From: Mobula birostris | Lineage: Eukaryota | Reading direction: 5' to 3' | DNA length: 64,000 nucleotides | Assembly (NCBI RefSeq): GCF_030028105.1 | Contig: NC_092370.1 | Location: forward strand, 174,974,647-175,038,646 | Shown: positions 53,905 to 64,000 of the stretch, piece after piece | How the letters are laid out: each line of letters opens with the position of its first letter | How positions within the stretch are numbered: the first letter of the stretch is position 1 | Translations under genes and position numbers: made by a program | Notes under the pieces: model-generated | Told to the model about the DNA's origin: nothing | Seen by the model: the letters and a program-made list of their open reading frames with translations, nothing else | The model's database searches: none

Positions 53905-54624
53905 TCAAGTCTCTGGAGGAGATCTTCTCTGTCCCTCTGGGTAACGTCTGCCCATAAACTTGTTTGAATGGAATTGATTTTGTCCTCTGTTAGGTTTACC
54001 TTCTCCCCCAGCAACCTGGCTTTCATTTATTTTACCACCCTCAGCAATTTCTCCCTGAGGCTGGTCGCTATATTGTGGGCAGTGACCATAGCGACGATGA
54101 ACAAAGTAAGGTGAGTAACGCTGTCTTCTGTAAGGACGGCGATGTTGCTGATTTTGATCATCTTGGTTTTCTCCATCTGTTGTTGTCTCTGCTCCATCTC
54201 CTTCCTCTCCACTTTCAATGTTCTGTTGGTAATTACGTGGTGGACCTCGGCGGCGAGGGTTGTAGCGACGATAACGATTTCTGTCCACGGCATATTGGCT
54301 TCCTTGGACTGGAATGTCTTTGGAACCAGTTACATTTGCTGCTTCTGCACCCTTTTCGCCTTGCACTACGTCGAACTCCACAGTTTCACCGTATCCAACA
54401 CTGCAGAGGTATTTCCGTTGGTTATTTTTTAAAGCAATCTGATGTACAAACACATCTATCTTTGTATCATTCTTGTTGATGAATCTATATCCATTTTGTA
54501 TGATGAACCACCTTACTGTTCCAAGAACCTTTGTTGCGATAACTTTCTTCTCCCCGGGGAATTTGGGTTTGTCTGGCTGTTGCTGCTGCTGTTCGGATTG
54601 CTGCTCCGTCTCAGCCTCGCTCAT
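53905..54624 (-). CDS. YBX1: Intronless, C-terminally truncated Y-box protein retrocopy (cold-shock domain), open 239-aa ORF
   Basis: [77 protein letters not shown]. Own ATG with A at -3. The last ~20 aa resemble a Gypsy integrase tail. The YBX1 versus YBX2/3 assignment and expression are unverified. Confidence 0.85.
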   Translation of the reverse strand: MSEAETEQQSEQQQQQPDKPKFPGEKKVIATKVLGTVRWFIIQNGYRFINKNDTKIDVFVHQIALKNNQRKYLCSVGYGETVEFDVVQGEKGAEAANVTGSKDIPVQGSQYAVDRNRYRRYNPRRRGPPRNYQQNIESGEEGDGAETTTDGENQDDQNQQHRRPYRRQRYSPYFVHRRYGHCPQYSDQPQGEIAEGGKINESQVAGGEGKPNRGQNQFHSNKFMGRRYPEGQRRSPPET

Positions 54625-54692
54625 GATGTTGACAGGCTTCGTGAGGTGGTTGCGGCTCAGGCCGATCTGAGATGGCGCTCCTGCGCGCTCTC

Positions 54693-54975
54693 TGCTTCTT
54701 TCTTCTCTCTAATATAATTCCTTTTCACTCTTTCTGTCTCCAGTTGCAGAAAAAGCTCTGCATTTCGTATTCCTTCCTTGTATTGTTGATCTGGTTTCTT
54801 CATCCTTTTCTGATACTCCTGCAAAGTGCCTTCCTGTAACTGCTATAGCTGTCTTTTGGGAGATGTCAATTTCTCCTGGTACATCTCTTTTATTTCCAGG
54901 TAGTCATCATCCTCCTGCTTATTGGCAATATCTGTCTCCCTTGCATCCTCTGTATGTTCATCCGAGTCCGCCGAG
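54693..54975 (-). pseudogene. SUDS3: Intronless SUDS3 (Sin3-HDAC subunit SDS3) N-terminal coiled-coil fragment
   Basis: Translates [91 protein letters not shown]. This matches vertebrate SUDS3 as recalled ([52 protein letters not shown]). One CAG>TAG stop at 54843-54845. Confidence 0.9.
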
Positions 54976-54984
54976 CTGCCCTCC

Positions 54985-56156
54985 TTTGTTGACACATCTA
55001 GTGCCTTGATGGTGTGCCAATCCAACTGAATTTTCCCGAGTCATTCACGTCCCAGCAACGGTGGTCCTCCAATTTTCAGTACGTAGAGGTACAGCTGCTG
55101 GGTTTTGTCTCCGTAGGTCAGTGTCACTTTAATTTTACCTTTGGGACATGCTTTCTGTCAGAAAACAGTCGTTTGTAGTCGTGTACAGAGGTCACTGTTA
55201 AAGCTGAGCCTGTATCCAGCTCCATCTTCAGTCTCACGCCTGCCACTTGTAGAGTGATCCATATTACTCTTCGATCATGTCTCTTTCACGCAGTGAAGTT
55301 GCAGACAAGACAATTCACTTTCGTCGGAGTCATTCTCATCAGAACCGCTTTCTTTCATTTTGTGTACCTTGTAATTTACTTTTTGGGGTTTCTTGTTTCT
55401 CTGTATTTTGCTCTTTTCCTGTTGTTTACTAGCTTTGCATACTCTGCCAGTGTGACCCTGTTTGCCACAGTTTCGGCATTCTTTGTCTTTAAACCAATAA
55501 ACATCAGGGTCATGTGACCTGTTCTCACAACAGTAATATTTCTTTCCTTCATTTCTGTTCAGCATGTCCCCACAACGGTAACATTTCTTTCCTTAATTTC
55601 TGCTCAGTGACATTTTATTTGTAGCATGTTCCAGAGATTTTTGTTGTATCTCTGAAGCACTTCGTGCAGCTGTTTCTAATAATATTGAGATGTTCAGCGC
55701 TTTCTCGAATGTAAGGTCTTTTTCACACAGGAGCTTCTTCTGTGTGGTTTCACAGTGCATGCCACACACTAACCTGCCCCTCATGCATCTGATAGACCAG
55801 CTCCAAATTGACAATATTCTGATAGTTTGTGCAATCAACACAATATTCAGAAATGCTTTCATTTTTGCTCTGATTCCAATTGTAAAATTTAAATCTTTCA
55901 GCAATGATCAATGGTTTAGGGTTTAAATGCTGATAGTGTCTACTATTTGCTTGAACGTCTGTCAGCTGGCTTTTCAGGGGCTAACAAGCTCCGTAGCAGG
56001 CCGTATGTTTTCGCGCCCATTACACTAAGTAAGACACTGGCTTTCTTTTCTTCATTAACATTGTTAACATTACAATATAACTCTATCCTTTCAGTATAAG
56101 TTGCCCAGTCTTCAATGCCACTATCAAATGCTGTAATGGTTACAATTAACGCTATC
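54985..56156 (-). pseudogene. Gypsy gag and aspartic protease remnant
   Basis: AFDSGIEDWATYTERIELYC..LLSVMGAKTYGLLRSLLAPEKP; CRNCGKQGHTGRVC knuckle; LKMELDTGSA; PPLLGRE*LGKIQLDW. Confidence 0.9.
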
Positions 56157-57310
56157 CTTGTTATGTGAATTTAGCCTCGGTCCCTTGTTTTCTTTTTGAC
56201 TCATGTGACTTATTTTTTGCTAGCGTTGCGACCGTACTCTAGTTACATGCCTGTGTTGCTCTTTTTTTCCTCTCCCTTCTGAGGCAGGCAGACCCTCAGC
56301 CCTGGGGTTCAGCGCTGGCTGTGGTCTCGCCTGGATGCGCCACGGCTCCGACTGTGTCTTTCGGTCTCCCGACGTTCCCGACTCCGGCTGAACTCCCGCT
56401 TCTTTTTAGGCTCGCGGCCTCCCTCTGCCTCTTCTGAGTGCCGTTCTCAATTAAAACATGGTGCTCCAATACGATGCAGGTTCATTAACCTCGCTGCCAA
56501 TTTGTTGTGTATGTGGCCGTTTACACAACAATATCATTAATAATAACGCTAGAGACTGGAGCCAAGCTAACAGGGGCTTTTACTTACAGAACCCGAACTG
56601 AACACATATATACAGATCAATACGTGCCTAATAGCGCATGCTCAATATGATGTATTAGTACAATATAAAGTAGTCCTATATTATACAGTAGTTTATATAG
56701 TACACAGAAGAAAATAAAGTTTAATATGATTTCTGTTTATTTTATATTCCATATTCAATATGCAACCTGAAATTGAAAGTAATGAACTCATGCTACAAAG
56801 CTGTACATGGGTTTTACAAAGACATTAAAAATGAATTACTTATTTAAGACTATGGAAATAACTCTGGAGGAATGGCAGGAGAGTTAAACAGTTATTTTTC
56901 ATTTGTTTGTGTGGTAGAAATGAACCCCTCTTCCCCTGCCTCCATTAAAACTCAACAAAAAAATGCAGGAGAGAAATTAAATACCAACACCACCATTAGA
57001 GAATTAGTGGTAGCCATGCTAATAGGGCTGAATGCTGTCCTCTAGGCTGACTGGTTTTGCATCCTAGGATCCTAAAGTAAGTGCTTATAGCAATAGTGAT
57101 TACACTGGTTGTAAATTTCCAAAAATCGTTAGATTACGGAGCAATTTCAAAGGATAAGCAAGCTACTCTTATTCAAAAAGTTGCAAGGCAAAATGTATTT
57201 AATTATAGACTTGTTAGCCTAAAGCCTATTATTGGAAAATGTTAGATGAAATTATTAAATAGATAATAGCAGAAGATTTAAAAAGTCATAATCTGATCAA
57301 GAAGAGCCAG

Positions 57311-58129
57311 AACAACAGGAATTCTGCAGATGCTGGAAATTCAAGCAACACACATCAAAGTTGCTGGTGAACGCAGCAGGCCAAGCAGCATCTGTAGGAA
57401 GAGGTGCAGTCAACGTTTCAGGCCGAGACCCTCCGTCAGGACTAACTGAAGGAAGAGTGAGTACGGGATTTGAAAGTTGGAGGGGGAGGGGGAGATCCAA
57501 AATGATAGGAGAAGACAGGAGGGGGAGGGATAGAACCAAGAGCTGGACAGGTGATAGGCAAAAGGGGATACGAGAGGATCATGGGACAGGAGGTCCGGGA
57601 AGAAAGGCAGTGGGGGGGGGGACCCAGAGGATGGGCAACAGGTATATTCAGAGGGACAGAGGGAGAAAAAGGAGAGTGAGAGAAAGAATGTGTGCATAAA
57701 AATAAGTAACAGATGGGGTACGAGGGGGAGGTGGGGCTTAACGGAAGTTAGAGAAGTCGATGTTCATGCCATCAGGTTGGAGGCTACCCCGATGGAATAT
57801 AAGGTGTTGTTCCTCCAACCTGAGTGTGGCTTCATCTTTACAGTAGAGGAGGCCGTGGTTAGACATGTCAGAATGGGAATGGGATGTAGAATTAAAATGT
57901 GTGGCCACTGGGAGATCCTGCTTTCTCTGGCGGACAGAGCGTAGATGTTCAGCAAAGCGGTCTCCCAGTCTGCGTCGGGTCTCGCCAGTATATAAAAGGC
58001 CACATCGGGAGCACCGGACGTAGTATATCACCCCAGTCGACTCACAGGTGAAGTGTTGCCTCACCTGGAAGGACTGTTTGGGGCCCTGAATGGTGGTAAG
58101 GGAGGAAGTGTAAGGGCCAGAAGAAGAAG
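57311..58129 (-). mobile_element. Penelope-like element, GIY-YIG endonuclease plus 3' end
   Basis: Encodes FTCESTGVIYYVRCSRCGLLYTGETRRRLGDRFAEH..HF..E..LQPDGMN. 12-bp TSD AAGAAGAGCCAG at 57299-57310 and 58130-58141. Confidence 0.93.
57408..57443 (-). ncRNA. Minimal type I hammerhead ribozyme motif (CUGANGA box mutated to CUGACGG)
   Basis: The reverse strand reads AGTC-CTGACGg-A-GGGTCTCGGCCT-GAAA-CG-TT-GACT. Confidence 0.65.
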
Positions 58130-58457
58130 AAGAAGAGCCAGCATGGCTTTGTGAGGAAATGAAGGTGAAATTCTGTGCACTAAGTTTATTGAGGTTCACT
58201 GAGGAAATATTGACCAGAACAGTTAGAGGGGAACCAGTGGATGCAATATATTTAGGTTTTTCAAAAGGCATTCAGAAAGGATCTACAGAAAAATATTTCA
58301 CAGAATGAGAGTGCATGGAGTTTGAGGTAATATGTTAGTATGGGCAGAGCACGAAGCAGTCAGTAAGGTTAATTTTCAGCTTGTCAGACTGTAACTAGTG
58401 AAGTGCTATAGAGATCAGTGTTGGGACAACAGCTCATATTAATGATTCAGGGGAAAA

Positions 58458-58680
58458 ACTTAAAAGTAAATTTATTATCAAAATACATACAGTATATGTT
58501 GCCATATATTACCTTGGGATTCATTTTCTTGCAGTCTTTCACAATAAGGCAAAGAAATACCATAGAATTAATGGAAAACTGTACATAAACAAAGACTGAC
58601 AAGCAACCAATGTGCAAAAGAAGTCAAACTGTGCAAATAATAAAAAAAGAAAATATAATATAAATTGCAGATAATACAGA
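58458..58680 (-). mobile_element. Rex1-type LINE 3' tail
   Basis: Matches the tail at 41295-41500 (TTTATTATCAAA..GATTCATTTTCTTGCAG..ATGTGCAAAAG). Confidence 0.65.
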
Positions 58681-60571
58681 CAAGCTGTGAAAAAGATGCA
58701 AGCAGTTTGCAACAGACATGGTTGAGTGAGTAGGCAAAAAAATGGCAAATTAATTACCATATGGGAAAAGTGAAGAGGTTTACTAGGCAAGAGAATTGAT
58801 AAAATAGCTGAGTGTTTAAACAGAGAAAGGCTGCAGAAAGTTGCTATTGAAGGTTGCTATTGAAGGTTCTTACATGAAACACGAAAACTATAATTGGAAA
58901 GGTAAATAAAATGCTTGTTTTATTACAGGTGGGTTATGACTGAAAAAGGTATTACATCACAATTACTATGGACAGTTTTGGTATTATAGCATTAAGGCAG
59001 TTCAGAGAAGATGCAGTAGGATTATCATGGGGATGTAGGGAATTATTTTATGAGATCAGATCTGTACCCATTGAAATTTAAAAGAATGAGAGGCAATTTT
59101 ATTGAAATGTTAAGATTCTTAATAGCTTGGCTGTGTAAATATTGAGTTTAAGACCAAAGGGCACAGAATCAGAATGTGGATGATCATTTAAGGCTTGGAT
59201 GAGGAAGATTTTCAATCCTCAAATGGTTACGTATCTTTTTGGAAGGTAAATTATTAAATATATTATAAGCTGTGATCAATTTTTGATCATAAGGGAATAA
59301 AAGGATATGGGGATAAAGTAGGAAAGTGAATCTGCGGAAGTTTGAATTGCACATGATCTTATTAACTAGCAGAGCAGATTCAGTGTTGTCTTCTCTCATT
59401 TATATTTCTCATGTAGAGTAATAGTTCAAGTTTGATATTTAGTCCACTTTTGTCTCCCACCCGACCTACATAAATACCCTTCCTTGGATGCTCAGATTCC
59501 CAAATATTTTCACATTTACTGGCAAAATCCAAACAAACGTTAAATAAATATAAGAAGGCCACTAATAAATGCAACTGAGCATGTTTTATTTAAAGAATAG
59601 TAGAATATAGGATTGCTACCTAATAAGTTTGGAAAGGTAATTAACTTAGATACTTCCAAAAGTAGATTGGGCAAATAATTGGGAGGAAAAGGAGTAAAAA
59701 TTTATGCTGATAGGATTAAGAAATGACATCGGAAGAAGTTCTTTTTCCAAATCAGGATTATCTTTTGTTAAAAATAAATTCCATGGTACTTGTCAAATTG
59801 GCATTGTACCTTTTATTTGCAACTGAACATAAAAAAATTGTGACATTATGTCCTGATGCCCATGTGTGCTTTCAATGAAACATCAAAATGTTTTTTTTGC
59901 AAATATTTTGGTATCTTGGAATGTAAAAACACTGCAGAAGAGATATGTTTTCTATCAAATCAAATAATTGTATTTGTGTAAAACAAGTGTTGAATGTAAT
60001 TTATTTGTGATAAAATTTAACATTGCTTTTCCCAGGATTTTTTGAGCTATAAGACAGCATTTTAATCTATAAATGTGCATGACTTGCATTAATAAATACT
60101 TCTTATAAATGCAATTGAACAAAAGCATCTTACCTAAGGAAGTTCTTAATTGAGAAAACTTGGAAATCTAGAGGTACAATTTTTTAAATAGGTTTAAACC
60201 ACCAGAAGGTAGTTTTTTTGCACTAAAATCATTTAATGAGAGTTTCAAGAGCAATCATGAAATTTTTATTGATTTTGCACAGTAAAACACAATTGTACAG
60301 CTTGATTCATTGCATTGTTTATTGGAGTGCTGTATTGTTGAATGACAAGATGTGGTTCCACCTGCAATTTTCCCACATGGTAAAGTTTTTATTGAATATC
60401 AGTCTAGTAGATTTAGGAAGCTGGTTGCCAGCATGAAGGCCTATACACTTAAAAGGGTAATCACCATCTCATTCTAAGCTTTGATGGGAGCTTAGGTTCA
60501 CATTACCTATCTGTTCTCCGGATCAGTGAGCATCTATAATTTGGGAGTAAATTAAATTTTATTTAACATAT

Positions 60572-61028
60572 ATAATGTATAACAATTACAGTATGGAAAC
60601 AGGCCATCTCGGCCCTTCTAGTCCGTGCCGAACTCTTACTGTCACCTAGTCCCACCGACCTGCACTCGGCCCATAACCCTCCATTCCTTTCCTGTCCATA
60701 TATCTATACAATTTAACTTTAAATGACAACATCGAACCTGCCTCAACCACTTCTGCTGGAAGCTCGTTCCACACAGCTACCACTCTCTGAGTAAAGAAGT
60801 TCCCCCTCATGTTACCCCTAAACTTTTGCCCTTTAACTCTCAACTCATGTCCTCTTGTTTGAATCTCCCCCATTCTCAATGGAAAAAGCCTATCCACGTC
60901 AACTCTATCAATCCCCCTCATAATTTTAAACACCTCTATCAAGTCCCCCCTCAACCTTCTGTGCTTCAAAGAGTAAAGACCTAACTTGTTCAACTTTTCT
61001 CTGTAACTTAGGAGATGAAACGCAGGCA
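60572..61028 (-). mobile_element. CR1 LINE 3' end
   Basis: ORF 60646-61029 encodes LGLYSL..RRLRGDLIEVFKIMRG..FFTQRVVAVWNELP. Confidence 0.92.
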
Positions 61029-61694
61029 AGTTATTTTAGTTAAAGGTATTATCTTTTTATTGGAATCAAAATAAATCCAAGGAACCTGTGATGAATTTAA
61101 CATTAATCATGCTTTAATTAAATTAAGCTAAATTTGTTGAGATTTCTTATTTTAGCTTGATAGGAAATTTTAAAGATATTTATTCAGTATAAGCATATTT
61201 AAAATAAATTTTCCCAGCCATGCCTTCTCATTTTCTTTCCAGTTATATTTCTAAAAGTTATTTTATCATTTTGTTTTCAAAGATATCTTTGTTTTATTTT
61301 ATTTTGGTTCCAAATTATAATTCCAATGGTCCTTGAATATTCCAAAACTTTTCACTATTTACCACTCTTTAAATGGTTTGAGTTTCAATGATGCATAAAA
61401 GTTTGTTGTCAACACTATTAAAATTTTTATCATCAAATCTTACAATTATGGTAACTTACATGCTTGTAACTTCAGGAATGCATGGTTTTAATTTGACATA
61501 CATTGTTTCAAGTGGATATTTTCATTGAGTAGATTGCCGGGTGTTTATTTGTAGAGCTGTGAATTATTCAAGTTGCCTGGTGATTGGTCTGGTAAATGAG
61601 AGGTTCTAAAGGGTCATTGCCGACCTGGTGAAACGTAGTTAATATAGTATAGACTGGGGTTCAATTGTAATATTTCAGCTTCCTCTAAGCAAAT

Positions 61695-62154
61695 CTCTAA
61701 AAATGTACCACGGAGAGCATCTGATTGGTTGCATCACCGCCTGGTATGGAGGCTCCAATGCACAGGATCAAAAAAGCTGCAGACGGTTGTAAACTCAACC
61801 AGTTCCATCATGGGGACTAGCCTGCCTGCCATTGAGAACATCTTCAAAAGATGGTGCTTCAAGAAGGCACCATCCATCATTAAGGACCCTCACTATCCAG
61901 GATGTGTCCTCTTCTCATTATTGCCATCAGGGAGTAAGTACAGGAGCCTGCGAACACCTACTCAATGTTTAAGGAACAGCTTATTCCCCTCCACCATCAG
62001 ATTTCTGAGTGATCCTTGAACCCATGAACACTTCCTCACTATTTTGTTCTCCTTTTGCACTATTTTTTTAATGTTTTAATATCTTTTACGGTAACTTATG
62101 TATTGGACTGCTGCCACAAAACAACAAATGTCACAAACCTCATTCTGATTCTGA
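61695..62154 (+). mobile_element. Rex1/Babar-type LINE 3' part
   Basis: Encodes CITAWYGG, IIKDPHYPG..LLPSGSKYRS and NSLFPSTIRFL. Tail TTCTGATTCTGA. Confidence 0.87.
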
Positions 62155-62669
62155 GTAGCAAATATAGCGTATGGTGCTTCTGATAATTACACTTTTGATA
62201 TGGTACCCGATTTGTGATTGTTTTTATATTAATGTTTGTTTTCCCAAATGGATTTTGCATTTTGTATGTTTGTTTAAAATTGATGTTGCCCTGTCTTTAA
62301 TATGGCTGTAAAATCAAATGCACTTGCCCCAATTTATGAATAAATAACTGACTCTTTCAGTGCTTACATTTATTAGAAAGTTAATAATGGGAAATACATT
62401 TTTTTGTCACTGATTGTAAAATGCAGAGCAAAGTGTAAGTGTAATATGATACCAGACTGTTTTATAAATACAGCTTTGTGGAGTCATAGTATTTTTATCT
62501 TATAAAGTTTAATGCCTAAAAATACTGCTGAAAACATGCAAAGTAAAGTATATGGGTAACTGACACATGGTTTGTTTGTCCTTTGTTCTCTATACAGAAA
62601 TTAATTCAGTGTTGATAAATTATATGAACAAATTAATTTTGGAAATTAAACCTAAGATGATATAGAACA

Positions 62670-64000
62670 TAATCTGCATCCCAGAGTGCTTAAGGAAGTA
62701 GCCCAAGAAATAGTGGATGCATTAGTAATAATTTTTCAAAACTCTTTAGATTCTGGACTAGTTCCTGAGGATTGGAGGGTGGCTAATGTAACCCCACTTT
62801 TTAAAAAAGGAGGGAGAGAGAAACCGGGGAATTATAGACCGGTTAGCCTAATATCGGTGGTGCGGAAAATGCTAGAGTCAGTTATCAAAGATGTGATAAC
62901 AGCACATTTGGAAAGCGGTGAAATCATCGGACAAAGTCAGCATGGATTTGTGAAAGGAAGATCATGTCTGACGAAGCTCATAGAATTTTTTGAGAATGTA
63001 ACTAGTAGAGTGGATAGGGGAGAAGCAGTGGATGTGGTAGATTTGGATTTTCAAAAGGCTTTTGACAAGGTCCCACACAGGAGATTAGTGTGTAAACTTA
63101 AAGCACACGGTATTGGGGGTAAGGTATTGATGTGGATAGAGAATTGGTTGGCAGACAGGAAGCAAAGAGTGAGAATAAACGGGATCTTTTCAAAATGGCA
63201 GGCAGTGACTAGTGGGGTACCGCAAGGCTCAGTGCTGGGACCCCAGTTGTTTACAATATACATTAATGACTTAAATGAGGGAATTAAATGCAGCATCTCC
63301 AAGTTTGCGGATGACACGAAGCTGGGCGGCAGTGTTAGCTGTGAGAAGGACGCTAAGAGGATGCAGGGTGACTTGGATAGGTTAGGTGAGTGGGCAAATT
63401 CATGGCAGATGCAATTTAATGTGGATAAATGTGAGGTTATCCACTTTGGTGGCAAAAACAGGAAAACAGATTATTATCTGAATGGGCCGATTAGGAAAAG
63501 GGGAGGTGCAACAAGGCCTGGGTGTCATTATACACCAGTCATTGTAAGTGGGCATGTAGGTACAGCAGGCGGTGAAAAAGGTGAATGGTATGCTGGCATT
63601 CATAGCAAGAGGATTTGAGTCAGGAGCAGGGAGGTACTACTGCAGTTGTACAAGGCCTTGGTGAGACCACACCTGGAGTATTGTGTGCAGTTTTGGTCCC
63701 CTAATCTGAGGAAAGACATCCTTGCCATAGAGGGAGTACAAAGAAGGTTCACCAGGTTGATTCCTGGGATGGCAGGACCTTCATATGATGAAAGACTGAA
63801 TCAACTAGGCTTATACTCATTGGAATTTAGAAGGTTGAGGGGGGATCTTATTGAAACGTATAAAATCCTAAAGGGATTGGACAGACTAGATGCAGGAAGA
63901 TTGTTCCCGATGTTGGGGAAGTCCAGAACGAGGGGTCACAGTTTGAGGATAAAGGGGAAGCCTTTTAGGACCGAGATGAGGAAAAACTTCTTCACACAGA
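62670..64000 (+). mobile_element. Young CR1 LINE RT (runs out of window)
   Basis: ORF 62686-63618 encodes PEDWRVANVTPLFKKG..NYRPVSL..LDFQKAFDKVPH..GVPQGSVLGP..KFADDTK. Confidence 0.95.

Larger units (their letters stand above)
53544..56704 (-). mobile_element. Non-autonomous Ty3/Gypsy LTR element carrying captured SUDS3 and YBX1-like mRNA fragments
   Basis: LTRs at 53544-53735 and 56503-56704 (TG..CA). 5-bp TSD CAGAA at 53539-53543 and 56705-56709. PBS TGGCAGCGAGG. PPT AAAAGGGGAGGAG. Gag and protease remnants are present; no RT, RNaseH or integrase core. Confidence 0.96.
56990..59400 (+). mobile_element. Old CR1 LINE interrupted by a Penelope element and a LINE tail
   Basis: Degenerate LFKK..NYRLVSL, SQHGFVR and GEPVDAIYLGFSK motifs, continuing to a CR1-like 3' end. 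Confidence 0.75.

Noticed and set aside
53905-54624. The genuine host YBX1 locus
   Set aside because: It is intronless, truncated and diverged, and lies between LTRs with a TSD, so it is a retrocopy.
57738-58271. 177-aa ORF as a single gene
   Set aside because: It is a chance read-through from antisense CR1 and the (AAG)n run into the Penelope GIY-YIG domain.
60500-60545. Possible 27-nt minus-strand microexon (AG..GTAATG)
   Set aside because: The pyrimidine tract is weak, two frames contain stops, and such a match is expected by chance.
1-64000. CRISPR arrays, operons, rRNA or tRNA genes
   Set aside because: The sequence is eukaryotic with no regularly spaced repeats. tRNA similarity is limited to PBS sites and SINE heads.

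Overview
Eukaryotic vertebrate DNA, AT-rich and dominated by repeats. The mix of CR1, Rex1/Babar, RTE, Penelope, V-SINE, Tc1, Tigger and Charlie elements suggests a cartilaginous fish, probably a ray (inference). No host exon could be identified with confidence, so the window is probably intergenic or inside a large intron. It holds three Ty3/Gypsy LTR elements with both LTRs, PBS, PPT and target-site duplication (TSD): 21663-24833, 26318-30614 and 53544-56704. It also holds a degraded Ty1/Copia element with two nested insertions, a solo LTR, and many LINE, SINE and DNA-transposon fragments. The main finding is the Gypsy element at 53544-56704. Its RT/RNaseH/integrase region is replaced by two intronless host mRNA fragments in tandem: a SUDS3 piece in frame with the protease tail, then a YBX1-like 5'UTR plus an open 239-aa ORF that runs back into what looks like the integrase tail. 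A second finding is that the Penelope-like 3' ends carry a minimal hammerhead-ribozyme motif and repeatedly form fold-back hairpins. All coordinates and counts were read by eye, and no database searches were run.
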